The notes: generated from the sequence alone by a model not told the origin. DNA of 60,185 nt, filler included, from Sphacelaria rigidula (GCA_964200075.2; 4 parts of 4 records of this genome joined end to end with filler, not necessarily neighbours in it); one strand, 5' to 3'; numbered from the whole stretch's first letter, positions 1 to 13,500 are shown. Numbers and translations are program-made.

Positions 1-114
1 AAATGATATTTAGTATTGTGTGAGGTGGATGTGGTGCTGGAGGCTCCCAGCCTGTTGTCCCCTAGTATATTGCCGAGGCGTTAGCGGATGCGGTCAGCTG
101 CCGTGTACAGAGAT

Positions 115-1010
115 CCTTGGCATGGAGACTGCTGAGATGACGGACACACCGCCCCTCGAAGCTCATCACCTACCATGATTACATGCATGATGTCATGTTC
201 CGTGTCGTGTGCCTCGACTATTCACCACTGGTCCGGGGAAAGTTGGCGAGGCGTGAGATAATGTTGCTACTTTGGCTACAGGCTGTTGCTGCCGTGTCCT
301 CATGTACTGTACATACTGGAGATGTGCTTGAGCTTCGCCGGCATCCGAGGTCATCGGAACAGGGCGGGCAAGGTCCAGAGGCACATGCGCAACCTCGTTA
401 ACAACACGCGATCTTACAAATTAGGGATGGATCTTTTATTGGGGATGAGAAACCCGGCGGATTAAAATTTTCCTATCCACACCAAATCTTCGAAATATTG
501 TTCCATTTCTTCATTTTCTGATAGCTATTGACAACTGCTACACGCCACAGAAATTTTGATTTCGATCACCGAAATGTCGGGGTCCTAGGTGAAAAACCAA
601 TTTCGGAACCATTTTGGCGTCCGTTCGGACACCCGGAATTCCCCAAACTTGATATTTCACCCAGGACCCCAACCTTTCGGTGATCGAAGTCCAAATTTTC
701 TATGGCGTGCAGCAGTTGTCAATAGCCATCAGTAGGTGAAGAAATGAAACCGTATTTCGAAAATTTGGTATCGATAGGAAGATTTTAATCCGTCGGGTTT
801 CTCATCCCCAAGAAAAGATCCATCCCCAATTTGTAAGATCCCGTGTTTAATCCCAACGGATTTCTCGGTTTTTGTTAGTGTTCGTTCATCAATTTCTTTC
901 AACAAGACATGATTTTTTTCGAAAAAATCGCCCTCGGGGAGGGAGGGGGCAGGGGAGCGGCTCCGTGTCCGAAAAAATGATCTCGACAGACCCTCGGCTT
1001 CGCAGATAAA
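115..1010. repeat. Dispersed repeat family A, copy 1 (split by MITE 403-847)
   Basis: GCTCATCACCTACCATGATTAC...ATGTTCCGTGTCGTGTGCCTCGACTA...CCGTGTCCGAAAAAA is collinear with 15110-15600 once the MITE is removed. Confidence 0.8.
403..847. mobile_element. Fold-back MITE (AACACG(G/C)G...CCCGTGTT family), copy 1
   Basis: Nearly whole-length palindrome AACACGCGATCTTACAAATTAGGGATGGATC...GATCCATCCCCAATTTGTAAGATCCCGTGTT; TAA at both flanks; empty site in the paralogous repeat near 15405. Confidence 0.9.
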
Positions 1011-2584
1011 AAACCGCTTACAGAGGAGTCATGCGACGGTAGGGGGGGTTGAGCATTCGGGCCCAGATGTTTCTAATTGAGGAGGCTCCTGAAGTAACGC
1101 GCAAAATTTACACAAAAATATGGATCAGGACATTCTCGATTTCAATTTTGATCGGGATACCCTTAGCTCATTGGAATGCTAAAATAGTCATGGCGTGCTC
1201 TCATATATGTCACAAGTCGTTTATTGGGTGAGGTAGAGGGCTTCCTAAAAATTCAACCTCATAACTATTTTGTGCACTCCTACCGTGGCATGAGTCATAG
1301 AACGCGCACCGTGAATTGAGCACTACTGTAGGGCCGACTTTGTGCCCGCCGACAGGCATGCATACACTGCCGCTACCACGAGCCCTCGCTGTTCCCTCGT
1401 TTTCACTAGTGTTACGGATCGGTGCCACCTCTCGATGTACTTAAAGGGTCCCCTCTCGCAAAGGGGTCTTCATCACAGCACCACGATGTCGCCCCCGTCT
1501 TAATTCCCCACCGAATGGTCGTCATGAGAGCATCACATTACAACAGTAGTGCACACGGTATGTATCTTGTCCTTGTATTCTTCGCGTGTCTTACTGTAAA
1601 AGTAAAAATTCTTGTCATTTTCCTACTAAACAACCTCCGATGATTCTCCCAATCGCCGCTGCAGGGTAGCAAACCCATCAGGTCTACCCAAAGCGCAACA
1701 CGCTGCAAAGTCAGACAAGGGTTATGATACCTGTGCGCACCGTCACCCAACGCTGTTTATAATTGAATGGCCATCCATCGACGGCGGATTCCACAGGACG
1801 AAGGGGGGCAAACGACTTTCTTCGAGATTGCATTTTGTGTGCACTCGTGGCTTTCCTCAAGTATTTCACTCGGAACAATATTTTTGTGAGATTGACAGTC
1901 TAGGATGAAGTTGAGCGTGAGAAGCCGTCAATTAATAAATTAAATAGTTTCAATTCCGAAATGCCCCTCCACGAGACCCGATACACTTCCTGTAGTAGCA
2001 TGCTACTAAAGCCTTTGGTATCCCCGAGTGAGGTATCGACCTGGAGCTGTAAGCACACGGCAGTGCTACAGGAAAGACAAAACACACACAAAACGAAAAA
2101 TTGTACAAGGTAGAGTGAAATATAGAACTCACATTTAATCAACGCGAGACTCTCCATCTCAGGGAAACATTGTTTCTACGGATATATTCATGGCTTTTTA
2201 GGAAGTCGCTCCTTCACAGGAAGAACGGTTCACGTAGCCGCCGCCCCGCTCTCCAGTTTCATCCCTTTTGGGGGGAGGGGGGGCAGCACACTTACACCCC
2301 CCTTCCGTTCTTCGGAACGTTCATGGTCTCAAGGCATCAACCCATCTCTCCCTCGTTACACGCCATGCAAATTATTATCGCGAATTGAATGAGCACTTGC
2401 GCACCGCGTTGATTCTAGTCCAATAAACTTTGCTACACGAGTTCTCACAATTTCCAAAGACGGAAATCAGAGATCTCCAGGGAACAATCAAAAATGTGTC
2501 TACGGAGAATCGAACCCGCATGTTTTGACGACGACCCGAGACCGTTTCTTACGGTTGGTATTTTTGAGGGGCGTATTTTCCACT

Positions 2585-2865
2585 TTTTGGGACATTTGAC
2601 ACGGTTTTTGATCCATAAACAGGAAATATCGCGATCACACGTTATGGGACACTCAAGATCACCCCACTGGGAGTAGATTATTCTCAACTATTGGGATATT
2701 TGACACGCTTTTTGACCCCTAAACAACATATGCCGTCATCACACGTCTTGGACACTTCACATCACCCCACCAAGCGTGGCTCTAAAACCCTACTGTTGAT
2801 GGTATGATGCAAAGTGTCCAAGACGTCATGGCGATACTCCCTGTTAAATCGTGTGAAATGTCCCT
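2585..2865. repeat. ~104-bp tandem duplication plus inverted partial copy (probable subterminal repeats of a non-autonomous DNA element)
   Basis: GGGA(C/T)ATTTGACACG..TTTTGA...ATCACACGT...ATCACCCCAC occurs twice; inverted partial copy AGTGTCCAAGACG...AAATGTCCC follows. Confidence 0.55.
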
Positions 2866-3490
2866 AATTTGGAAAATTTGTCTTGAAAAAATATGAACCA
2901 TAAAGAACAGTATAATGTAACAATGGTGTAACTTGTACCATTAGACCACCGATACCCGGTGGTTGTATAGGCTTAAAGGTGAACAATATTACGAGCGACG
3001 CGGCGGCAGCCCCCCCGCCACCTGGACCAAGTCGCCGCCACCCGCTTGCCCCCGCCGTACGGTTTCGTAGGGTGGCACAGTTTCCGTGGCCCTTCAACAG
3101 TAGTCGTACAATTTTTTTCCCGCGCAGGGATGGTTATTGTGCGCCGAAATCTCCGGTTTGTGGGATTACTCTTGCCTCGTGTTGACTACGGTATGTGCGG
3201 GCCGGAATACAGGAGGAGGAAGGCGCCTTCGGTGGTTACTTGCAAGCTATCCCATGCGCTCGTAGGATGAACACCTGTCAGCAGCAAATTCGACGGAGAG
3301 GCATCAATATCACACCATTCGGATTGCGTCGGGTGAACCATGACCAACAATTAACGACAGGCCTACAGCAGCGAATAATCGAAATTGAGGATGGAGATTT
3401 TCACTGAGGATGTGAACCCGGAGAATTAAAATCGTTGTATCCATATTAAACCTTCATAATATGGTTCCAATCCTCCACCTACTGGTACCT

Positions 3491-3590
3491 ATTTACAACT
3501 GCTACACGCCCTACGAATTTGGATTTCAAAAACCGAAATATTGGGGTCCCACGTGAAAAATTAGTTTCGGAGAATTCCAGCGATCCGATC
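3491..3590. mobile_element. Internal fragment of the AACACGGG MITE family
   Basis: ACAACTGCTACACGCC...ATTTGGATTTC...CCGAAAT..TGGGGTCC matches 531-620. Confidence 0.65.
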
Positions 3591-4084
3591 GTGCGGGCTC
3601 AGGAAAAGCGGAAAAAGCCGATTGACACATTGGTAACGAACTGGTTCCGCCTCCTGATTGGCTGATATTGCATCCGATCACCTAGTCAACCAATGCACGC
3701 CTTTGTTCGACAAACTTTCGCGTGATATTTCTCACCATACGAGTTGAACACATTTGACCGACCCTCTGCGTCTGTTCGTTGGACAAAACTAATACAATGG
3801 CGATGGGGGGACGTTTTCGGTACAAACATGGCGTATGTCTGTGGATTCTTCTATGGCCTTCCGCCGTCAAAAATGGTTGCCGTCGGTCTTTTCTGTTCCC
3901 ATATTTTCTTCTTCGTCGGGGCTTGAGATTATGAGACGTCCGACCCGAGGACGGAAGGAGAGGGTCCCTAATAGGTTAAAAACGATGGCGCGAACACATG
4001 GTATACCTACACAGAAGTGTAACAGCATTTGATCGAGACGAGCTCTCCTTGTAAATCTGAAGAAATAATACCCCACAAATGTAC

Positions 4085-4240
4085 ACACCATCATGCGCGT
4101 GCGTCTTCAGCTTTGCGGTAGGGGGTGCACCATTGACATTGCATTTTATGCTTTTACCACAAAACGTACAAGTAACCATACATGGAGCGTGCCCAGTATT
4201 TCGACAGACGAACGCCTCCTGAACCATATCAGACTGAAAA
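4085..4240 (-). pseudogene. BED zinc-finger-like fragment (probable hAT transposase relic)
   Basis: ORF 3976-4326 contains VQEAF...VTCTFCGKSIKC...TAKLKTHAH (C-x2-C...T-x2-L-x2-H, BED-like). Confidence 0.5.
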
Positions 4241-6610
4241 TGCCTTGCGCCAAGCACGAGCGATGAAGACAAGCAAGCATGAGCACCCGCGAATCGGTGG
4301 GATATTTGCCCAAACTGCGCGCCCAATTCGCTCTTTTGGCGATCTTGTCTTCACCTTGTCCACAGACAAAAAATAAACCAAACAACCAAAGTCCTTTTGA
4401 ACACGGAATTTTACGAATTGGGGGGATGGATTATGCCAACCCAAACGAAGGAACCTCGAAAATGACGAAAAGGAGGACACGGAGCCCGCGTCTACGCCGG
4501 CATGTCGACGGTTCATCAGACCTTCATGTCATGCAAACGAAAAATGACAAGAAAGGCGCTCACACCTGTGTCCCCACCCTCTGAATCGACCAAACGCCCT
4601 GGAGAAATCTCGGCCAAAACGACCTGCGTCCTTGTCTGACTAGCTAGCTCTACCGTCCCTGCTCAGGAGTGCACCTTACTCGAGGAGTAGGAGGCCCTGC
4701 TGAGCTGTAAATTTACCATCGTCTCCCGGCACAATCAGCGTTGCATCTCGTTTCTCGCGGACTTCAATGGACACGCAGTGCAACTGGCGCTGCCTGCGTC
4801 CAGCTCCGAGCCCCCGGGGAAGTTCATCCTGCTCGCAGCGCTCCATCGGGAGTATGCCGCCAGTAGTCGGACATCAGACCCCGGTTTCCTAGCACCGTTA
4901 GTATCCACCCACCCGCAACGAACGCACGTCGCGGACGCAGTGAGTTGTGTTTGCTTCCTCCCCTCGCGGAGAGCGTAAAAACAAATCTGGCGCGCAACAC
5001 AGGCATTCGCAGGTTGGCGCCCAACCTTCGCTTACTCGTGCTTCTGCCGCTGCCCCCGTGAGTTTCATCCACTCCCGAAATGCCGCCGCATCGGCAACCG
5101 CCTCTTCATCGGCGAGATGCTTGTAGGCAAGTGCGGCGCCTGATGTTAACCGCGGCCGTTGACGGCAGGCGCAGCAGAAAAAATTGCCAGAATGAACGGG
5201 GCTGCCGGGGCACACCTCGCACAGCATGGGCCATGTCTCTGTAGACCCACACGTCGCCTTTCCACGCGGGAAATATTTGCGCTTGCGCCTGTTCGGCGAC
5301 TGCAGGCCACCCTCCCACTCATGTCATTCACCTGCCGAGCTGGGTGACCTTTGCCGCCCTGCCCCCCACATTAATCATGCCAGCAATCCAGCGCCACCTT
5401 CCCCATGTGCTGCAGGTTGTCCACCAGTGCGTGAGTGCGTATCGTCAGCCAAGGACGGTATGCAGGAGCCTTGGGTGGTGTCGTTGCCGTCGGTTGCACT
5501 ACCCGGTGACGGCTTTAACTCGCTCACATCACCAGGATAACCCCGAACCTGCGGCGAACGCCCGACGACGGCCCCGTCTCCCTCTTCCGCCATGATACGG
5601 CCGGGTTCGGCCGTCTACGCAAGTGGGGACTCAGCAATTAGTGGAGGTGGACGTTCCGGCCCCACCACACTCCTGTGCGGACCGTCCGTGTGGACGATCC
5701 TACCTGCGCCCGCTAGCATGCGCCGCGATAGCATAAGTGGTGGTAGTGTTAAAAATCGTGCATCATGCGTCGTAAACATCAAGTGGGACTGCAGTATGCG
5801 TCAAGACGCGCGTTACAATGGGGTGATGCCCCCCACGACGGAGGAATCAAGCAAGACATCTGTGACATATCCGCATGGCGAATGATTTGTCCATGCTCAC
5901 TACTAGCGCTCGGCGGGTACAAACACTAGGCGATAAACGCTTCATATGGCAGCAGTTGAAGCAACCGGTTCCACAGCATCTATCCCTCAAGTTGCAGCCA
6001 CTGAGGATATATTTCCTCTGTCCCTGTGCGTACGAGGTATTGTGTGCAAGGGCCTCAAACTCTGTGGGATTGTTTTTCCAGTGAAATATTCGGCGTTTCC
6101 GGAGTTGAGACGCTATTATATCGGCATTTGCCATGCCCGCCACGCGACCGACCAGCCTCGAAGCATACCATTCGTCACCAACATTGCACCCCTACTCCGG
6201 GGTAAAAGACAAATAGCTTTACCTGAAAAAAAGAGGTGTTCCTCGGTCTGTCTCTGCATGTTTGAAAACTACACACGCGACCTGTAGGTCCCGTATCATA
6301 TCTTTTGGAGAACTGACGTGTTTTCCTCTACAGATGCATGGTTGCGGCTGAGTGACAAGAAAATTGGGGTGTGCAACGTCACCGACAGGAAGCCAAGGCA
6401 ATTTCACTCTGCAGTGTCACCCGGGTGGGTGCAATGCGCTCAATGTACTAATTACGCATGCTATGTTGTTTGTTGTTTTGCGGTTAGCGAAAAATGGGCA
6501 CCTGATTTTTGGGCTTCAAAATAGCATGATGTGCCGGACCTTCCAGCTTCCTTGCCGATTAAATACTTCCTCTGTCCTATCAGCGAAGCGCGTTTTGATC
6601 ACACGGACCC

Positions 6611-6716
6611 TTAACCCTTGAACACCGAGAGCAGGTCATCTGTTGAATCGGCATCAATTTCACCTGAAAAAAGTACGCATGATCCAGATGGACTACGTTC
6701 GCGGTCTAAGGGTTAA
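6611..6716. mobile_element. 98-bp piggyBac-like mini-MITE with TTAA flanks
   Basis: TTAA|CCCTTGAACACCG...CGCGGTCTAAGGG|TTAA; homologues at 7611-7715 and 43302-43423. Confidence 0.8.
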
Positions 6717-7610
6717 CCGTGTCCAATGCCGTAGGCGGTTTTGTTTTTGAAATCTTTGGGTTTTTCTAGTTGAATCATATTCTTTTTCTTTCTTCTGTTT
6801 GCGCAGCAGCCAGCGTGCGCGAACGGCCGATAAACGATCAGTCGGCCCCCAAATGGCCATATTTCGCCAATTTTCCAAAACACAAAGGAAAACTCTGGGA
6901 GCCCGAAAAACGGCAAAAATCGCGAAAAAAAGCAGAACAGGCCCTCGTCCTCCGGTTTATCGCTGGCATACGATCGCTACGCCTAGTCCGAAACCACTCA
7001 TCAACATTGCGGCCTTCAATTGCTTCAAAACAGGCCAAATTCGTCGAAATTCGTCCAAAATGTACAGATTCGACGTAATCTGGTCGAAATTTGGCCATGT
7101 TTGGCCCAACGATTCTAAGGTTGTAGGTAGATTATTTTGTTTTTGTTTTTTCCAGTGGCCGTCTCCACAACTCTGTAGTTTCAACGAACCTAACCACAAC
7201 ATCGCGAGCACCTCCGTTGGCGAGGTACAGCCAATCCTCCATAACGGACTGTACTTATGGGACAAAGTATTTTAGTTGATCTTTGAGAAAACAACAAAAA
7301 TACTTCAATGCCAGGACGCACTCACGTGACGACAGCAGTGCTCGCTGTGAACTGATAGAAATCACACCAAGCTTGTCCTCTTTGAGCACCGCAATCAGCG
7401 TTACGTCAGATGAGGGCATTCATTGCCTAGGAGAGTCTTGTACAGGAACACATGCCATGATTGTGGGCTGCTTCAATGGCCTACGTCGTTCGAAAAACAG
7501 CCAGTCGAAACGTTAACCAGTAATGGACTGGATAACACCTGAGCGGAGGTGCCTGTGACTGGTTTCATCCGAGTGCTTTTTAGCAGCGAGGTACTCTGTA
7601 AAAGTATTCT

Positions 7611-7715
7611 CCCCCTTTGACCGCGAGGGTTGGTCACCTGCTGAATCGGCATTAACTTTCACATGAGAAAAGTGTGCATGGTCCAGATGGACTGCCCTCG
7701 AGGTCTAGGGGTTAA
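7611..7715. mobile_element. piggyBac-like mini-MITE, copy 2 (left end decayed)
   Basis: Shared core GGTCACCTGCTGAATCGGCAT...TCCAGATGGACT; right end GGTCTAGGGG|TTAA. Confidence 0.7.
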
Positions 7716-9222
7716 TTCGTTGATTCAAGAGTTGAATAACGGGTGAAAATTAAAGAATGATACGTGACATAAAACATGTCTCTGGGTTTCTCCATCTGGA
7801 AATAGTCACCACTGCTCCGTCTAGGTGTCGTTCAGTATTGACGATTTTTCGCCGGCTCACCCGTTGACTCAGTGTTCCACTTCATTGTGCACGAATTGCA
7901 AGGCACTTTCGAGGGTAGACTTACCCCATAGACAGCACTTAGCTTTGCGTCACTCGAGTAGCCTGGAGGTGTCCCTTGCGAGCAGCTGTGGCGCACTCCA
8001 GGTATCCCGAGGACATCCGTTGATCCTGGACCACTTGAGCAACTCATGGTTGTCCTCCTTCTGCTGCCGATGGTCATGCATATTCCGACTATGGACATCC
8101 ATCCACTTCGCACCATGTGAGCACCTCAATGCGTCCACGCGTAGCAGGAGGGGAAGATGTGAGCACCACGAGGCATTCCCTTTCAGTAGCTTGGAAAACG
8201 TCCCTCGTTCGAAGGACACTCGTTGCCTCCGCACCAAAAGCGCACCAAGAGGTGTCTTCCTTGAGCAGCCGCACGATGTGTGAAAAATCCATGACTCACT
8301 CCGAGTAGAGAGTAGGGCGTTTAACCGACCTCCGAAAGCTGCTACGGCGCATGTCTTCGCATCAGTGGCACCCCATGTTCCTAGCCCGCGCCAGCCGTGA
8401 AATAGCCTCTACATGAAGTCGATATAAGTGGCATATCGCATGAGGAAGCACGACCTGGCGTGGCCCTCGCAGGTCTGTGGACGACCGAAGCAGCGACAGG
8501 GGCACAGTTACGGTACCTTACGATAGTCGTCTCAGGCACCAGCCACTCCTCCAGCGCTTGAAGAAAGACCCCGGCTGCGAATAAGTAGTTTTCACTGTCG
8601 GCGAATGGAATTAACCGCATACGGGCGTCGAAGTGGCATCTCAGCGATTTCGTGGGATATTATCACTACCTCTATTGCCCCTGGTACATGATATATGTTC
8701 AGCTTGCCTGTGCCGCCCAGTGCTGCTGCGACACTCCAGCCGCTTGACAGACAGACAGACAGTGTCTCGCCAATCCTTGACACTTGACACGGCGGAATTT
8801 CTCCGTATGTAGCAGAGATATGTCACTGTGATGAAACCTGTGCGTCAACGTCTGTGAGAAACTTGTGCGCAGGCAGCAGGCAGCTGCTGGAGGCGAGGTG
8901 TGGGGGGGCGGGTGGACGACCGAGCACCGAGCACCCATCGAGTGCGGCTAAACTTGTTCAAATTGTTATTTCTCATCACAACATTTGATTGATACTACAT
9001 TATCAGACCCGCATGTTCATGTTGTGCTCATTTGTATCTGCTGCCGTGCCATGCGTTGTGGCTCTGACTGTACTGTCTGTACTACACAGAAGGTCATTTC
9101 CATTGGTTCCCTGTGAGCTGTCTTGGTCCATTACAACGCAACGTCAAGTATCGCGTGAGCGTACACAGCACACATCGTTCCAGAACGCACCAGCGAAACA
9201 AAACTCCTCATCCTGTCTCCAG

Positions 9223-9711
9223 CTGGCCTTTGTAACGCTGCAGGCTGCGCGACACGATCTACTTGGCTGCGACGTGGTGTTTGAAGATCCTGCGTATGCC
9301 AGAACCGCAGGATCAACCAACAAAGCTGAAATACACAGCAACATCAAAATGCTGAACAGTTTACAGGAGCTTCTTGAGAACGCACAAATGCCGGCATCAA
9401 ATGAAGTGGACCAGAGCGACGTTGTATGCATGACCGCAGGGCGCCGCCGTCGCGCCCACGCGGGCGCTGGTAAGGTCGGCCTCCGCACAATGAAAGCACT
9501 CGTTGTTTTACTCCTGCTTCGTTATGGGCCGCCACCGCCTGTAGCAGAGGCTCTAAAGCTGTCTGCCATAAAGGACGATCGTGGGCACGTAGGCCTTGGT
9601 TTGTTGCGTGCGGTGGAGGTTGTTCGGGGACGCTATGAGCGCGCGTGGGCGTTGGTGTCGTCACCTGAGCCTAGCGCGGACGACCTCGATGCTGCTCTCG
9701 ATCTACTACAG
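9223..9711 (+). CDS. Putative internal exon of a host gene (TPR/alpha-helical repeat-like protein)
   Basis: Acceptor TCCTGTCTCCAG at 9222, donor CAG|GTATGT at 9712, 489 bp open in the frame of ORF 8989-9729. Confidence 0.6.
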
Positions 9712-10151
9712 GTATGTGTCCGCACTTGAGTTGCCGTCGATATCCTTGAAAATCATGGTCTGCCGTATTGTATTGTACTGTGCTACCCTTGTAGTTAGCC
9801 TCACTTGTGTTCGTGTGTGCGTGTTGAGGTCGTCTCGAGTTGATACTGAGCCACGTGATCATGTCACTAAATCGTGTGCAAATCTTGGCCGTATACTCCC
9901 TACGACCCTGCTCTATCATAATGGAGTGCACTGGGCCCTCTGTTAGGGTTTTGTCATGTACACTACGTGCCTTGTATAGAGCAGCGCGTTCGTTCGCCCG
10001 TGGGGGTCGACACGTGGGGCGGTCGATGAACAGCGACAAACGCATGCAAAAAAAATCGGGCAACACGTGTTTACATCTGTCACACATATGATTTTCACGA
10101 CAATGAACCCAAGTCTTCCAACGTTGCATCCCCGAATCATCCCCACAACAG

Positions 10152-10596
10152 ACCAATTCCAAACAATGGGAAAGCCTAGAGCCTGCAGTTAGGCTGTGGA
10201 CAGAGCGCGAAAGCTCAGAGACCACGCCGGAGGAGGAGGGGGGGGTGGCAGGGAAAAGACAATCTAGTGAGAGCAACAGCAATCGAAAATCTTCGAGAAA
10301 ATTGGATCCCAAATCTGATACTGCTGCTACAGCTGGTGCAACAGCTTCGACCGTTAGCGAAGATACAACTGATACAGCACCGCGTGACACAAGCGCTCAG
10401 GACACACCGACCATATCGGAGACTACATCGCGCATCTACGAAGAGGCAGCTAGCTTGCTAGCCCACAATCGTGCAGTTTTGGGGCAAGCGCTGGCGCGCT
10501 CAGGCCACACGGATCGAGGGATCGAACATCTGGAGGCTGCCTGTCCTGAAATCATGAGATATCAGCAGAACGCGCAAGGTCGACGCGATAGTAAAA
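10152..10596 (+). CDS. Putative next exon of the same gene (TPR-like helix pair)
   Basis: Acceptor CCCCACAACAG at 10151, in phase with the previous exon; encodes ...NRAVLGQALARSGHTDRGIEHLEAA; candidate donor GTGAGT at 10597 (alternative at 10579). Confidence 0.55.
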
Positions 10597-13500
10597 GTGA
10601 GTATAATAATGGTCGGCAGATATTCATGTTTTCATCTACGCGACAGGGCATTGCGCTTGGCCCTAGTTGTTGTTGATAGATTTTCCATGCATCACACGTT
10701 CTGCCTAGCTGTAAGGCCACGGTATAGGGTTGCTTCAGTCGGGGAAGGGGGGCGGGGGTTGGGCGCGGGGGGGGTTACCTTCCTGGCGATGTTCAACTGA
10801 CCGCTCTTCTTGGCGCGCAGGTTTTATATTGACGTCGCTTTTGTAAGGGACTTGATGTGACCAGTGTCAAAATGACTCATCACAAGTGCTCACGCAACCT
10901 CAGATTTCAAGATTTTGTATGAATGAACCCGTGCACGTTCCAGGGCCCCCCTCCTTGTGCTACGTTGCTTTCATTGGGATAAGGGATGTCCTGCTGGTAC
11001 CGAAGCTATCGGAGAGCCAGCATACTGTTGTGCAATGTAGGCCGGACTATCGTACATCAGGTTGCGGCATGTTTTTAGAACCGGCTGAGTTGCACACTGG
11101 ATACGACTGAGTTATTTGTGTGCCCAATAGAGACAGCCCACCGACCGATTCAGGTGCAACACGAGAGATCAACAGGCGTAGCCAGTTCAACTCGGAAAAT
11201 TTTATCCGGTCGTTTTTTGAACTTTTAAATTCTCCATGTGCCCCCTGAGTGTACGTTTTTTCTTCGTTGGAATTGTAATCTGTATCACTGTATCACTGAC
11301 TACCTGCCGTTCTGAGTCCGTGTTCCACTGACGAATGTCTTGTCAAACAGTGTACAGGACGGTCTCTACAACAGTAGGTACCTCCGTCTGAGACTTGTGG
11401 TCGATCTGCCCAACGTCATCATGTCCTTCTACTGCACCACAGACCACGGAGCATGTGTCTCACCCCCCAGCATCCTCTACTTTTCTTCCTCTCTAAACCC
11501 CGTGACAACCTGGTTGTGCACCGCACATGATCACTGAGGTATCGCCATAGACTGCAATAAACGGCAGTTTTTGTAGCAGCAAGGAGGTTTGGGCTTCGAT
11601 GCAATTAGCGGCGTGTTACTGAACAGGCCCTCGGGCGTTTCGAGCGTATTTGAAGTTTCGAGCAATGTACTACACGCAACTATCAGGCGTGAGACGTAAC
11701 TGTAATATTCAAATATTATCAAATTTTCTCCCCCATTGGTGTAACCTTCCTCCGTGTGACCCCGACTGGCGCGCCCACAGATGCGGAACGGTGTAGGTGC
11801 CCAGCGATTGTTGGATGGAAACACACGCACATGAGAGGTACATTCCCTATCTTGTTCAACATGAGAACATGAAGACAAACACAGTGCCATATCCGTGGCA
11901 ACTCTATTACAGTACGAGATGTAGTCCCCAGCCTGTACGAGTACAAGTGTATTGCATCGCACCAGCAGTCGTACGTGTACCCTCTCTGTACTATTACTGT
12001 TGTTTTTGTACATGTTTCTACTCTGTCCCGTGTCCTCTCCGTACACACCAGCATGTCCTCCTTTTTTTCTGGGCACAGTACACCAGTAACGAAGTCATGC
12101 CCCCCCGATCCTCACCAGACCACGGCACCGATACGGAATCACCACAAGTTTGCTTCGCCAGCGGGGCAGGGGCCATCTGTCGTCTCCTCTGATGAGTGTT
12201 GGCAATCTATATCTTTGTGCATGTGTACCCACGGCCGTCTGTCTAATCGATGAGCAATTACTGTACATACTACACCGTAGATCCTAATTATCTCAACACA
12301 TCTTTGTCATCGGATTCACTCAGAGAAGGCACAAGCCACAGCAGATTGTCGGTTTGGGACGATTGCCTCAGCCCACTTCCTTGCCCAACGAACCAAGTGG
12401 TTCGACCGCCACGTGAGGTACGACCATAAATCTCTTGAAAGCAATGCTCTTTTCGGGCGATTCTCGCAGCGCCGATGTCTGCGGGAATACAACCCTTGGC
12501 AAGTATTTCCTTGACGGAGAGATTTGCTACAACTACAATTTCAACGAAGGTTGCCTCTATTGATAGCGCGCTCTCCGGATAGTCCGTGCGCCCAGTGTTG
12601 ATTCTAGTTGTCATCGGATTATCGACTTCTCGAACAAACCCGATATTGCGGTATTCTGAACAGTGGAATGCCCCGACACTGCGGCCCGCGATATGAAGCC
12701 ATATTTTCGCTGTACGGTACATATTTCTGATGATAACACCGGAATCATTGTACTTACGAAGCCCTCTCCCGAAGCGGACGGGCGCAATTCAAGCGCACGA
12801 CTGCATACCTAGTTGCCGGCATCCACCACCTACCTGCTCATCACACATCATGCCCTTCGCGGATGTAGAGTGGTGTATACTTCTTTTTGTGGAGCAGATG
12901 GCCCCCAGTGCACGTGAGTGCGGACGTGAATGGCCGTCTCAGTTGTATTTGTGAAATCGATACTGTTGTTGTAGGTGCTTCAGTAGAAGACTGCAGCATT
13001 GTCAAACATTTTCATATTTGAAAATGATGTGGAACATTGAAATGAGTTCCAAGTCGACAATAGTGCTTTTCCCTGATTTTTTCCTGACCAAAAGTGATGG
13101 CGAATTGCTTCTTTACGGACGACCTCATGCTCCCCGACCTCCCGAACTGGTTTTGGGGGTTTCACGTCTTCCGTTCCCCCTGAGGGTTCGTGCGAAAGCA
13201 CTACTTTTGGGCTAGAAGCGTCCCTTTTCTCACCCCGAAATTGAGGCAAAAAAATGGTACTTTCGTACACACCCTTCCGGTAAGCGGAAGACGGGAAATC
13301 CCCCAAGGATGGCTTCGGGGAATTCGAGGGGGAGCGTGAGGGTCGTCCATTTGAAGCTCGTTTGCCATGACTGTACATGGCAAAGTGTGTTTTGAAGTTG
13401 AAACTCACTCAAATGTTCAACGTCACTTTTGAAGATGATGTCTTGGGAATGTCCACCTTTTTGTTTCTTGTTTTTTCACGTTGCTCCACGTTTTTTTATG

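Noticed and set aside
5847-8300. Possible hAT transposase core and dimerisation domain on the - strand (WKNNPTEFEALAH; TMKWNT)
   Set aside because: Motifs are too decayed and scattered to call without a profile search.
12288-12722. 144-aa - strand ORF
   Set aside because: No recognisable motif; an exon-like + strand reading is equally plausible.
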